This document shows, piece after piece, positions 51,250-61,264 of a DNA stretch of 64,000 nt (position 1 is the first letter of the stretch; each line of letters opens with the position of its first letter). Source of the stretch: an uncultured delta proteobacterium (GTDB taxonomy: Bacteria; Desulfobacterota; Binatia; UBA9968); assembly GCA_963728565.1 (NCBI GenBank), contig CAVSLC010000013.1, positions 224,001 through 288,000 on the forward strand, in the 5' to 3' direction. The notes beneath the pieces are model-generated. The model was not told where the DNA came from. It searched no databases and saw only the letters and a list, made by a program, of their open reading frames with translations. The position numbers were made by a program, and so were the translations under genes.

Positions 51250-52842
51250 TTAGCGGTCCGGGCGGCTGGCATCATATTCAGCTACGAACTCGGCAACTCT
51301 CCTCCGAACCGTGTCCCGGCTGACATTGTCCTTCGCGCCGCGAATAGCCAGGAGCCAGCCTCGTTCCCAGTAAAGAAGTCCAAAGTCGAGACCATTTACC
51401 ACATGCTCCATTGCACGGAGTACCTGTCTCATGCTCTCGGTGGGATAGGGGTTAGCGTACGGTGCATAATCAAAATCAGCATATGGATATTCGATGTGAA
51501 GAACCACCGCATCGGCCTCGTCGAGTCGCGCGGGAAACGGATAGATGAAGCGCCGCTGGGAAAAAAAACTTCCTATGTTCGCCTGTGCAGAAACTATCAT
51601 TTCAGGCTCAATGAAGCGTTGAATGTCCCCGATTGCGCCGTCTCGTTTGAGATGAATGGATTCGATTTGCCACACGTTGTGGGCTAGTGGTAAAGGCGCC
51701 GGCATAAATAAATACCCAAGGAGTACGGTAGTCACGGTCGAAATTCTAAGCAACGCCGCACCCGGGAGAGAACTCACGGCCGATGCCCGAGCCCCAGCAA
51801 TAACCAGTACCGGTACGAGCACCATCGAGTGGTATGCGAATATGGTTCGCGGCATCGGGTTAAGCGAAAGTAAGTTTGCACAAAAATCGGCCATGCCGGG
51901 CACGAGAAACATTGGCGCCATTATGGCCGCACGCCCGATGGGTAGAAGGAGTAACAGGACGTAGAGCAGCCATTCCGGCAGCAGGCCAAGCACGGTGGCG
52001 AGCACCTGGGAAGGCGGCTCACGCAACCACGCATAGCGGACCAGGGCCGGATTCGCATCTTCGATCATCGGATGAGTCCCGGCCGGGTTTAGTGCAGGCA
52101 TTGCTACGAATACGACGATTATTGCGATGGCGATTCCCGCACCCGCCACAAGGAATCCCACTTTTCTCTCGGCATGCAGGTGGGCCCAGAGAATGCCAAA
52201 TCCTAGAACCGCCGCACCGTAATGCTCCTGGCACAAGAGCAGCCAACCCATCATAAGGACGAAGACTCGCCGTCGTCGGTCGATCAGTGCATAGTAAGCG
52301 ATGGCAAAGGCTGGGAGCGCCAAGCTCTTCTCGTGAAAATCCCAGGCAGCTGCGTTCAAAAGGAACGGATTGAGGAGATACAACATGCTCCAGCAGAAGG
52401 CGTGGCTGGGAAGTCCTGAGAGTCTATGACAAATCCAAAAAATCGGAACCGCCGTCACAGCAATCAAAATGGATTGAAGCAGGATCAGAAGTTCCGGCAG
52501 CGCGGCGAGTGCGTACACGGGAACCATGAGGAGCACGATCGGCGAAAAGTGAAAACCGAGCCAGTTGTGCAGTTCATGGGGAAAATTGATTGTCGTCGTC
52601 GGCGTACCGTAAGTCAGAGTGGTCCAGAGAGCCTGGTCGAAAACACCCAAATCTAGAAGAGATGCCTTGTTGGTATATAGGCGGCTTAAGGACAGCACGG
52701 CGGTCATCACGCAATGGATTGTAGCGGCAATCCAGATTAGACGGTGCCATAATACGGTCTGATCAATCGAGACTATGGCCGCATTTGTGGCGCTCGGCCG
52801 AACATCCGTGTTGCTGGTTTCAGCAAGCATCACAGGCGCCAA
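51250..52842 (-). CDS. DUF2079-type polytopic membrane protein (GT-C glycosyltransferase-like)
   Basis: DLGVFDQALW, LGFHFSPI, WDFHE, many TM helices. Confidence 0.82.
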   Translation of the reverse strand: MAPVMLAETSNTDVRPSATNAAIVSIDQTVLWHRLIWIAATIHCVMTAVLSLSRLYTNKASLLDLGVFDQALWTTLTYGTPTTTINFPHELHNWLGFHFSPIVLLMVPVYALAALPELLILLQSILIAVTAVPIFWICHRLSGLPSHAFCWSMLYLLNPFLLNAAAWDFHEKSLALPAFAIAYYALIDRRRRVFVLMMGWLLLCQEHYGAAVLGFGILWAHLHAERKVGFLVAGAGIAIAIIVVFVAMPALNPAGTHPMIEDANPALVRYAWLREPPSQVLATVLGLLPEWLLYVLLLLLPIGRAAIMAPMFLVPGMADFCANLLSLNPMPRTIFAYHSMVLVPVLVIAGARASAVSSLPGAALLRISTVTTVLLGYLFMPAPLPLAHNVWQIESIHLKRDGAIGDIQRFIEPEMIVSAQANIGSFFSQRRFIYPFPARLDEADAVVLHIEYPYADFDYAPYANPYPTESMRQVLRAMEHVVNGLDFGLLYWERGWLLAIRGAKDNVSRDTVRRRVAEFVAEYDASRPDR

Positions 52843-52997
52843 CGCGTACCACTGAGTTTCGTCGCGCCAAAGGCATCGAAGATATCTACATTTGGCACGC
52901 TCAGGCGGACTGACACCATGCTAATCGTGGACGCGACGAAGCTGTCTAGATTATAAGCACCACAGGCGTTGTATCTATCGTGCCCAGCGTCACGTTC

Positions 52998-53747
52998 TCA
53001 ATGAAAAATACTTCCACCATCCACTACAATTGTCTGCCCGGTCATGAAATCACTGTCGGCCGAGCACAGAAATACCAACGTGCCCATCAGATCATCTGGC
53101 GTTTGTAGCCGTTTGAGCGAGCGCTCTTTGAGCTGCAGCTCGGTCAACGCTTTGGGCGCGTTCTGTCCTTCATGCTCGACCAGACCCGGTGCGATGGCGT
53201 TGACGCATATGCCGAACTCGCCCACTTCGCGCGCCAGCGATCGGGTCATGCCGATCAGCGCAGCTTTGGATGCGACGTAGTGCAAAAAGTTGGGCGTACC
53301 CCAGTACGCCGTTGAGGATGAGATGTTGATGATCTTGCCGCTTTTCTGCTCTTTCATCTGTGGAAAGACGGCTTTTGCGCACAGGAACGGGCCCTTTATG
53401 TTAACCGCCGAAACCCGGTCCCATTCTTCGGCGGTGATCTCATAGAACGGGTGACGCTGGATGTTGATGAAGATCGCCGCATTATTAACCAGAATATCGA
53501 TTCGTCCGAAAGCCTTCACCGTCTCCACGGCCATTCGGTGGGTGTCCGCGTCGTCGGAAACATCGATCTTGAGCGCTAGCGCTTTGCCACCCGCCGCACA
53601 AATCTCGTTTGCTACCGGCTCGCCGTCGAGGATGTCCGCTATGACAACCGCTGCGCCTTCGTCGGCCAACTTTCGAGCGTAAGCCGCCCCGATATGGCGC
53701 GCCCCGCCGGTCACAATCGCCACACGACCGCTTAGCCGCACAACCAC
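52998..53747 (-). CDS. Short-chain dehydrogenase/reductase
   Basis: TGGARHIG, NNA, YVASK catalytic motif, VDGG. Confidence 0.93.
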   Translation of the reverse strand: MVVRLSGRVAIVTGGARHIGAAYARKLADEGAAVVIADILDGEPVANEICAAGGKALALKIDVSDDADTHRMAVETVKAFGRIDILVNNAAIFINIQRHPFYEITAEEWDRVSAVNIKGPFLCAKAVFPQMKEQKSGKIINISSSTAYWGTPNFLHYVASKAALIGMTRSLAREVGEFGICVNAIAPGLVEHEGQNAPKALTELQLKERSLKRLQTPDDLMGTLVFLCSADSDFMTGQTIVVDGGSIFH

Positions 53748-53829
53748 TCTCGAAATGCTTCGCTTTGACGCAGCATGACACTCCCCTGAACCTTTTTATC
53801 GCAATTCGTCGCGACCGTTTCCGAAGCGA

Positions 53830-55452
53830 TCACGCCAGGCCTCTAAGATGTTCGCGCAGGTCGACCGGCTTCCACCAAGTTTCTAAACCGAGCGACTCGG
53901 CAATCACGCGCGCGGCGTTGTATCCAGGCGCGCCGGTAATGTTTCCGCCGGGATGGCACGACGAGCCGCATAGATATAAGCCGTCAATGGGAGTGCGATA
54001 ATTTCCCCACCCTGGGAACGGCCGATTTTCCAGTGCTTGATCGCCGGCGTACTCGCCGACCATCCAATCGCCGCAATACATGTTCCTATCGTGGCGTTCG
54101 ATGTCCAATGGCGTGGTTGAATCAGTTGAAAGGATATTGTTTTCATCCAGGTTGGGAGCGAAGCGCCGCCAAACCGCCAGCTGCTTGTCGAACCATTCGC
54201 CGCGCACCTTGTCCCAGTTTTGCGGATTGCCCCAGAGATTATAAGTCGCCAGCTGCCACATAAACGCAGTGGCCTTGCCGGGAGGCGCCTGCGTCGGGTC
54301 GTGAAACGACGGCGTCGCGCCGTTCATGAATGGCTTGCGCGGCAACTGCCCCGTGCGACAGTCTTCGAACAAATTGCGCAGATCGTCGTATTCCTCCAAG
54401 CCGACAATGTGCATGAACGAACCGGCGACCTCGGGGTATTTTTTTTCGGTAATGTATTTCGGCCGTTCGTTCAGAGCCAGATTGGTCGCAAAGATCGGTG
54501 TCGTTTTGGAAAATCTGAAATTGTTTGCCATATCTGCAAACTTCGGCTCCAAATTTTCCCGACCAACCAGCCTTATGAATGTTTCCACCGGATTGACGTT
54601 GGAGGCGATGAACTTACGCGCCTTGATGACCGTCCCGTCTTCGAGCACCACCGCAGTCGCCTGTCCCCTGTGGACGAGAATCCGTTCGACTCCGTTGGAC
54701 TCGACATAATCGATGCCGTTGTGCGACATCATGTGCGCCAGGTTGTCGCCCAGCGCGTGGGATGTGCCGCGGCAGAGTTGCGGATTGACTCCCCAGGCGA
54801 TCATCGCCGGGATTAAATAGCCGGTCTTGGGCGCGTCCAGTTCGTAACCACGCATCACCCCCAAAAAGCCGATGAACGCCTGCACTCGGGGATGCTCAAA
54901 GTGGCGCAGCACGAACTCTTCCGGCGTGGTATCGAAGTATTTCAGATACTCGCGGCCTTCGCTCGTTTTTTGGAGCAAGGGCCGTTTCTCCTCGAATACC
55001 ACGGGAACCGCATAGGTTTCCGGGAACACAATGTTTTTCACCACTGGTTGCCAACGGCTCCAGATGTCGAGAAACGTTGCCGCGTCTTTTTTCGAGAATC
55101 TCGCAATCGTTTCAGCAGTTCGACTCACATCGGCAAACCAGCCCAAGTAGGTTTCATCGGGAAAGTGGTGCACCACGCCGGGATCGGGTTTGTAATAATG
55201 AATGCCGAAATTCTCCAGCTCCAAATCTTTGTACCACGGAAGCATCATCAGGCCCCGGTGAAACACCGAATGAATGTTGTGCCAGAAGCCCGGATAGTCG
55301 CGGTCCTCATGCGAATCGAGGCCGCCGCCCACTTCCATGTTCTTTTCCACCACCATAATTTTCTGGCCGCACTTGGCTAGATAGCCGGCGCAGATCATGC
55401 CGTTATGGCCGGCGCCGATGACAACGCCGTCGTATTCTAAAATTTTAGGCAT
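53830..55452 (-). CDS. Phytoene-desaturase-like (COG1233) FAD-dependent oxidoreductase
   Basis: VIGAGHNG, DPTQAPPGK, YRTPIDGLYLCGSSCHPGG. Confidence 0.9.
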   Translation of the reverse strand: MPKILEYDGVVIGAGHNGMICAGYLAKCGQKIMVVEKNMEVGGGLDSHEDRDYPGFWHNIHSVFHRGLMMLPWYKDLELENFGIHYYKPDPGVVHHFPDETYLGWFADVSRTAETIARFSKKDAATFLDIWSRWQPVVKNIVFPETYAVPVVFEEKRPLLQKTSEGREYLKYFDTTPEEFVLRHFEHPRVQAFIGFLGVMRGYELDAPKTGYLIPAMIAWGVNPQLCRGTSHALGDNLAHMMSHNGIDYVESNGVERILVHRGQATAVVLEDGTVIKARKFIASNVNPVETFIRLVGRENLEPKFADMANNFRFSKTTPIFATNLALNERPKYITEKKYPEVAGSFMHIVGLEEYDDLRNLFEDCRTGQLPRKPFMNGATPSFHDPTQAPPGKATAFMWQLATYNLWGNPQNWDKVRGEWFDKQLAVWRRFAPNLDENNILSTDSTTPLDIERHDRNMYCGDWMVGEYAGDQALENRPFPGWGNYRTPIDGLYLCGSSCHPGGNITGAPGYNAARVIAESLGLETWWKPVDLREHLRGLA

Positions 55453-55495
55453 AGCTTTCGTTTCGGGTAAGACACAAACATCTCGTGTGAATGGA

Positions 55496-55632
55496 TTCAA
55501 CACGTTCAAGCGTTTAACCGTTCAAGGAAATCAGGCCGTATCAACGTCGAGGATTTGGAATAACCGAGTTTATGAACAGTTATCATCCAGTCTGTTAATG
55601 CTTGAACTACTTGAACGGTTGAACTGTTGAAC
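55496..55632. repeat. GTTCAA / TTGAAC inverted micro-array element, copy 2
   Basis: TTCAAC..GTTCAAGC GTTTAACC GTTCAAGG on the left; TTGAACTAC TTGAACGG TTGAACTG TTGAAC on the right. Confidence 0.7.
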
Positions 55633-57212
55633 AGTCGCACAGTTTCAAATCTTCTTTCATAATCCGCCAGCAGTTATACCCGGAGCCGGCGATCACCGCA
55701 TCGGCCGGATGGGTGGCGACGCCGACTTGGTAGAGACCGGCGATCGGCGTGCGGTAACCGGACAACTGTTGATTGGGCCGGTTTGCCCCCATTTGCCCCG
55801 CGGATTTGCGCGCTACCCAAACCGAACCGCGGCGCATATTGGGCCAACGGCCGGCGAGGTAAAATGGATCCATGGCGACTTTCATTTCGATGTTGTCACC
55901 GGTTAAATTGGTCGCGTAGCGGCGCCAGATAGCCAGAATCGTTTCCATAAAACCGCGCTTGAGCTTGACCCAATCCTCCGGTCGTTTGCCTTTCAACTGA
56001 TAAGGCACGGGCATGAACAATGATGCCGCATGCTTGCCCCTGGGCGCCTGGAGCGGATCGAAAACCGTCGGGCAAATCGCGTGAAGACAGACATGCTGTG
56101 GAAATTCACCGGCGCGAATCTCTTTCCACATCTCATTTAGGTCATCCGGTTTCTCCGGTCCAATGTTGACGTTCATGGCCCGGGCCACGGCTGGATCTTC
56201 CGCTTCATGAAACGCATAGCGGACCGGAGCCTTTAGCGCCAGGTGAATTTGGAAATAGGAAAACTCATCGGGTTCGATGTCTTCGATCGGTTTGGTGAAG
56301 TCACGGGGGAGATGCTCCTGATCAATCAACTCCCTGAACGTCGAGTACGGATCGGTGTTGGAAACGACGGCAAGCTTTGCCTTCCATTCGCGCCCGTCAC
56401 GCAGGCGAACTCCCACGGCTTGGTTTTCTTCAACGAGAATTTTATCGACGTGATGTACGGCGCGGATTTGACCGCCGGCATGAACATAGGCGCGCTGCAG
56501 GACTTGGGCGATGGAATGGGACCCGCCACGGGCGAGCTCGGGCTTTTCATCGCCGGCAATCAGTTTCAGAACTTCGATGGCGCCGCCCGGATAATCCATG
56601 GCAACGCCCCGAGGAATCGCCATCTGCGACAGCACGAGAGTCTTCACCGCGTCATTGTCGAATAATTCGCCAACCGCGCGATCGGGAGTCATACGCCAAA
56701 GCCGCCTGAATTCCTGGCCATGAGGCTGTAACTCTAATCTTTGATCGAGCGCGCTGTCCGTTATCGGCGCCTGGTAATAGTAGGGAATCAAACAATCGCG
56801 AATCAGCAGGATGGAATTTGTCATGGGTCTGCCGCCATGCGTCGGCGTCTTTCGATGATAACCGCGCAATCGAGCTAAGCGTGTCTTGTAATGTTTGATG
56901 GTGCGACAGCGAGCGGCCATTGGCAAGCAGCAAGGAGCTTATTACCGGCGGCGAAACGAACTCGGCGTGATAGCCGTTGTCCCACTTGAGTTCTTTCCAA
57001 ATTGGCGAGATTTCGCGGTTATCCTGAAAATAAGCCAGGGTATTGTGCCAGTAACCCGGAATTGTGATTTCTTCACTGGCCAAGCGTCCACCGTTCTCCA
57101 GGCGGCTCTCGCAGATCACCGTCCGCAGGCCGGCATGGCCGAGATAGGTTCCGAGAGCGAAGTTGTTTTGCCCCGCTCCGATTAGAATAACGTCCCACTC
57201 ACTGTCGATCAA
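55607..57212 (-). CDS. Second phytoene-desaturase-like FAD-dependent oxidoreductase, frameshift near 56815
   Basis: LIGAGQNN in ORF 56652-57233; DPLQAPRGKH and YRTPIAGLYQVG in ORF 55607-56926; GGAGG before TTG. Confidence 0.85.
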
Positions 57213-57438
57213 AGCGCCTCCAGCTAACCCCAATCCGACATCGTTCGAATCCCGCGAGGCCGCCGAGCCCTACAGCCGTGGGCAATGGGATAGTGCCTTT
57301 AAGGCCACCCCACATTCCCCTAAGCGTGATGTTTCGTACGTGCGGGCCATAGAGCCAATGCGCGCTCGGGTGCCCCCGGCTTCCGGTCTCGCCGTCCTCG
57401 CTTACTGTTGACGGTGCTCAACTATTGTCGGATCAGGG

Positions 57439-58458
57439 CTAATTCTGCAAAAAGATCTTTCGATACTCCGCCATTTTTTCCGCGTAGGCTTTTTTATCCA
57501 TGTCGATCATCTCGACCAGCTCGATCTTGTCGGCGTCGGGCAGCGGCGGATAGATTCCCTTGCGGGTGACAAACTCGCCGATTTCCGCCATCAATTTCAA
57601 CCCCTCTTCGCCGATGAAGAAATCGACGAATGCTTTGCCGGCATTGGGATGGGGCGGCTTGGCGCCGATCGCCACCGCCTGCCCGTCGCCCATGAATTTG
57701 CCAAGCCGCACGTAATCCAGCGGGACTCCCTTTTTGCCGTAGAAGACCACGTTTTTGAGAAAGGCGATGCCGATCGGTCTTTCGCCGGTGGTAATCCGTT
57801 CTCCCGCCGGAGTCAGCGATTCCACCAGTAAGGGCTTTGTCGCCGCCAGGTCGCGGATGAACTTGTCGGCCTTTTCTTTGCCTCCCATTACTTTGTGCAG
57901 GCTCGCCATCCATTGCGCCGTGGTCGTATGCTGGCTGGCATCGGGGATCACCAGCTTTCCCGCATACTGCGGCTTGAGCAAATCTTCCAACGACTTTGGC
58001 GCCTCCGCCGGTTTGATGATGCCCGCGTGGTAAACGATACCGATGACGCTGTTGCGATATTGCGGGCCCAAATTTGGGTGCATCACTTCTTTGGGAAAGG
58101 ATTTTCCCGACGGCGAGTCGTATTTCGCCAGCGCCCCTTCATTGAACATGAACTCCATCGGCGCGCTGTTGGTCAGCACCACATCGTAGAGCGGCTTGCC
58201 GGTGCGCATCTCGTTAAGCACCCGGTCCATGACCTTGGTGCTGGAGGAGCGCCAGAATTCAACTTGCAGTCCGGTGTTCTTCTTAAGCGCGGCGCCGATG
58301 AGATCCATGGTGTCGTTCTCGATCGAGCCATAGACGACCACCTTGCCGCCTTCCTTCTTGGCCCCTTCGATAAGCTTAGCATCCTGACCGTAGATCGCGC
58401 CCGGCAGAACGATCATCACCGCGAGCCATACCATAGAGAAGATTCTTACGATCGGCAT
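57439..58458 (-). CDS. ABC substrate-binding protein, Fe3+/thiamine-like family
   Basis: GAKKEGGKVVVY, PKSLEDLL, HTTTAQW, PHPNAGKAFVDF; paralogue of 28748-29755. Confidence 0.88.
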   Translation of the reverse strand: MPIVRIFSMVWLAVMIVLPGAIYGQDAKLIEGAKKEGGKVVVYGSIENDTMDLIGAALKKNTGLQVEFWRSSSTKVMDRVLNEMRTGKPLYDVVLTNSAPMEFMFNEGALAKYDSPSGKSFPKEVMHPNLGPQYRNSVIGIVYHAGIIKPAEAPKSLEDLLKPQYAGKLVIPDASQHTTTAQWMASLHKVMGGKEKADKFIRDLAATKPLLVESLTPAGERITTGERPIGIAFLKNVVFYGKKGVPLDYVRLGKFMGDGQAVAIGAKPPHPNAGKAFVDFFIGEEGLKLMAEIGEFVTRKGIYPPLPDADKIELVEMIDMDKKAYAEKMAEYRKIFLQN

Positions 58459-58560
58459 AGGCGAACCCTCCTCCGTTACTGCAATGCTCCCTCAATATCT
58501 AAATGATCGGCAGATGTCTATTTGTTTCTACCAGGGCCATTTGGTAACTTTATCCAAACG

Positions 58561-59679
58561 ATGACTGGACAGGAAAAGCTCAAGAAGATTCGCGATGAGC
58601 TGCGGCAAACCTTTCTCGAGCGCGCCGATTTGATCGACGGCGCCCTCGCCGCGCTGCTCTCCTCGCATCATATACTGATCATCGGACCGCCGGGCACCGC
58701 CAAGTCCATGCTTGCCGATGAATTATGCCGCCGCATCGAAGGTGGCAAGTATTTTCAATGGCTGCTTACCCGTTTTACCACCCCGGAGGAGATCTTCGGC
58801 GCGGTCAGTTTGAAGGCGCTGGAACAGGATGATTACCGGCGAGTGACCAGTGATAAACTCCCCGAAGCCCAGATCGCCTTTCTCGATGAAATTTTTAAAG
58901 CCAACTCATCGATTCTGAATTCGATTCTCACCCTGCTCAACGAGCGGCTGTTTCACAACGGCAAAAGCGTCGCCCGGGTGCCATTGCTGACGCTGTTCGG
59001 CGCCAGCAATGAGCTGCCCGAAGAAGAAGAGCTTACCGCGCTCTACGATCGTTTTCTGCTGCGCTTCGTGGTCGGTTATATCGCCGAAGATTTTCGCTTC
59101 TTGCGCATGTTGGAGTCCCAGAAACACCCCGAACGGACAACTCTCAGCTTGGCCGAGCTGGAGGACCTTCAGAATCAGGTGAAGGCGGTATCGATTCCAT
59201 CCCACGTTTATCGCGGTATTGCCGATATCCGGCGCGAGTTGAACAAGAAAAATATTGTCGCCTCCGACCGCCGTTATCGTCAATCTCTGACATTGCTTCA
59301 GGCGCATGCGTTTTTGGAGGGCGAAAAGGAAGTCGCGGAAAAAGATCTGTTTTTCCTCGAGCATGTTTTATGGCGCGATCCGGCCGAGCACGAGCAGGTA
59401 CGCACCACGATTCGCGACTTGATTCTGGGATACGAGGAAGAGATTTCCGAACTGCTCTACGAGTCGCGCGAGATCCGCGACTCCGCGACTCGCCCATGGG
59501 CCACCAGCGACGAGAAAGCGCGCGCGCTCATCGAATTTCACACCAAGCTACGCAACATCCTCGCTAAGGTCGATCAGATCGTCGACAAGGCCAAGCGCTT
59601 GGGGCGTCCCGTGGAACGAGTCAATACCGTGCGGAGTGAAATCGAGCAGTTACAGAAACAGATGCTGGAGCAGTTCTGA
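58561..59679 (+). CDS. ravA: RavA-like MoxR AAA+ ATPase
   Basis: GPPGTAKS, LLTRFTTPEEIFG, FLDEIFKANSSILN, ASNELP, LYDRF. Confidence 0.85.
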   Translation: MTGQEKLKKIRDELRQTFLERADLIDGALAALLSSHHILIIGPPGTAKSMLADELCRRIEGGKYFQWLLTRFTTPEEIFGAVSLKALEQDDYRRVTSDKLPEAQIAFLDEIFKANSSILNSILTLLNERLFHNGKSVARVPLLTLFGASNELPEEEELTALYDRFLLRFVVGYIAEDFRFLRMLESQKHPERTTLSLAELEDLQNQVKAVSIPSHVYRGIADIRRELNKKNIVASDRRYRQSLTLLQAHAFLEGEKEVAEKDLFFLEHVLWRDPAEHEQVRTTIRDLILGYEEEISELLYESREIRDSATRPWATSDEKARALIEFHTKLRNILAKVDQIVDKAKRLGRPVERVNTVRSEIEQLQKQMLEQF

Positions 59680-61253
59680 TGCCCCCGCGAACGGCAAAAA
59701 AGACACCGATCAAACGAGTCTTCCAACCTCTGCCGCAAAATACCTTCTGGATTGACAGCGATGCCTACGACCGGCGCGCCTACGGCCAACTCCGCTCCGA
59801 TTCGCCATCACTGCGAACGCTAGAAGAACAGGGCGGCACTCTCCTACCCCATTTCGGTTCCTTGCTCCAGGATATTTTTTCGCTGTTATTCAAGGCCAAC
59901 ATCATCTATCACAACGAGGCCGAAGTTCTTCCCAGCGCTCTACTTAACGAGAGATTTCTCAAAGCCATTGGACATGGAAGCCAATACGACTTCCTGCGCG
60001 AGCAAACTCTGCTGAACGAGGCTCGCGCCGGGCTCTCGACCTTGTTGCTGGGCGAGCGTCTGGTAGCGCAGATACGCGAGGAGAAATTTCTCAACCGCCG
60101 CGATTTGCGCGATCTCTGGGACATCCAGAAACAGGAAGAGATCCTCAATCAAAAGCGCGACGAGTACGAAAACGCCGACACCATCCCGGAAGAGAACCTA
60201 TCTCAAGACGGGAAGAAGGCCCTGGACAAAGCCAAAGAGCGCATGGGCGGAGAAGTTCAAGGCGCCGAAGCATCGCTGCGGCACAAAACCGCCCAACTCA
60301 AAGAAGACCTGAAGCAAATCGATGCGCAGGCAACCAATCGGATGCAGGCCGAAGCGATCAAAGTCGCTCAACAGTTGGAGGACGCCACCGAGGAAGCCGA
60401 AACTTGGGGAACGACGCTCGGCACCGGGCAGAAGTCGCCGCCCGGCCAAAAGCTCGAGCTGGGAAGGCGTCTCGCGGGAAATGAGAAGCTCAAAAAGCTC
60501 GCGCGGCTGGTGGGCCGGATGAAGTTTCATGCCATGGCGCTGCGCAAGAAGGCTTTCGAACGTTCCAACGAAGAAGTGCTCGAAGTCGAACGCGGCGATT
60601 CCATTCACCGTCTGCTGCCGCATGAGATGTTGACCTTGCGTCATCCCGTCCTGCGCAAGGATTTCTTGCGCCGTTATCTCGACCAGGAACTGATTCAATA
60701 CTCGCTGCGCGGCGTCGAAGAAAAAGGCAAAGGCCCTGTGATCGTCTGTCTAGACGGTAGCTCGTCTATGGCGGGCGATAAGGAAATCTGGTCCAAAGCC
60801 GTTACTCTCACCTTGCTTGAGATAGCAAGACGCCAGCGCAGACTCTTCCGATCGATTTGCTTCTCTTCTGAAGAGACGCCCTTGCAAATTCTCGATATGA
60901 ATTCCAGGAATCGTTACGAGATCGAGGCTAAGACCGTAATGGATCTTGCGGAATATTTCCCGGGCGGCGGGACCGACTTCCAACGACCATTGGACGCGGC
61001 GCTGGAGTGCTTGAAGCACGCTCGCTTCAAAAAAGGCGATGTTGTCTTTATCACTGACGGCGAATGTCAAGTGGCGCCGGAATGGGCGGAGCAATTCCGC
61101 AAAGAAAAGGAGCGCTTGGGCTTTTCGCTTTTCTCGATCTTGATCGATGTCGGCTCGGCATCTCTCGGCACCCTTACCGAATTTAGCGATCGCATCACCA
61201 CGATCAAACAATTGACGGGGGACGAAGCCAAAGATATCTTTGTGAAGTTTTAA
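59679..61253 (+). CDS. viaA: ViaA-like VWA-domain protein
   Basis: RLLPHE, KGPVIVCLDGSSSM MIDAS, GGGTDF, FITDG; start overlaps the ATPase stop. Confidence 0.83.
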   Translation: MPPRTAKKTPIKRVFQPLPQNTFWIDSDAYDRRAYGQLRSDSPSLRTLEEQGGTLLPHFGSLLQDIFSLLFKANIIYHNEAEVLPSALLNERFLKAIGHGSQYDFLREQTLLNEARAGLSTLLLGERLVAQIREEKFLNRRDLRDLWDIQKQEEILNQKRDEYENADTIPEENLSQDGKKALDKAKERMGGEVQGAEASLRHKTAQLKEDLKQIDAQATNRMQAEAIKVAQQLEDATEEAETWGTTLGTGQKSPPGQKLELGRRLAGNEKLKKLARLVGRMKFHAMALRKKAFERSNEEVLEVERGDSIHRLLPHEMLTLRHPVLRKDFLRRYLDQELIQYSLRGVEEKGKGPVIVCLDGSSSMAGDKEIWSKAVTLTLLEIARRQRRLFRSICFSSEETPLQILDMNSRNRYEIEAKTVMDLAEYFPGGGTDFQRPLDAALECLKHARFKKGDVVFITDGECQVAPEWAEQFRKEKERLGFSLFSILIDVGSASLGTLTEFSDRITTIKQLTGDEAKDIFVKF

Positions 61254-61264
61254 GGTCTCGTGCC

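Noticed and set aside
50950-51687. 245-aa plus-strand ORF
   Set aside because: Antisense to the DUF2079 gene and the RAYT remnant, with no protein-like motifs.
53830-57212. Carotenoid biosynthesis cluster
   Set aside because: No phytoene synthase, GGPP synthase or cyclase nearby; the context is catabolic.
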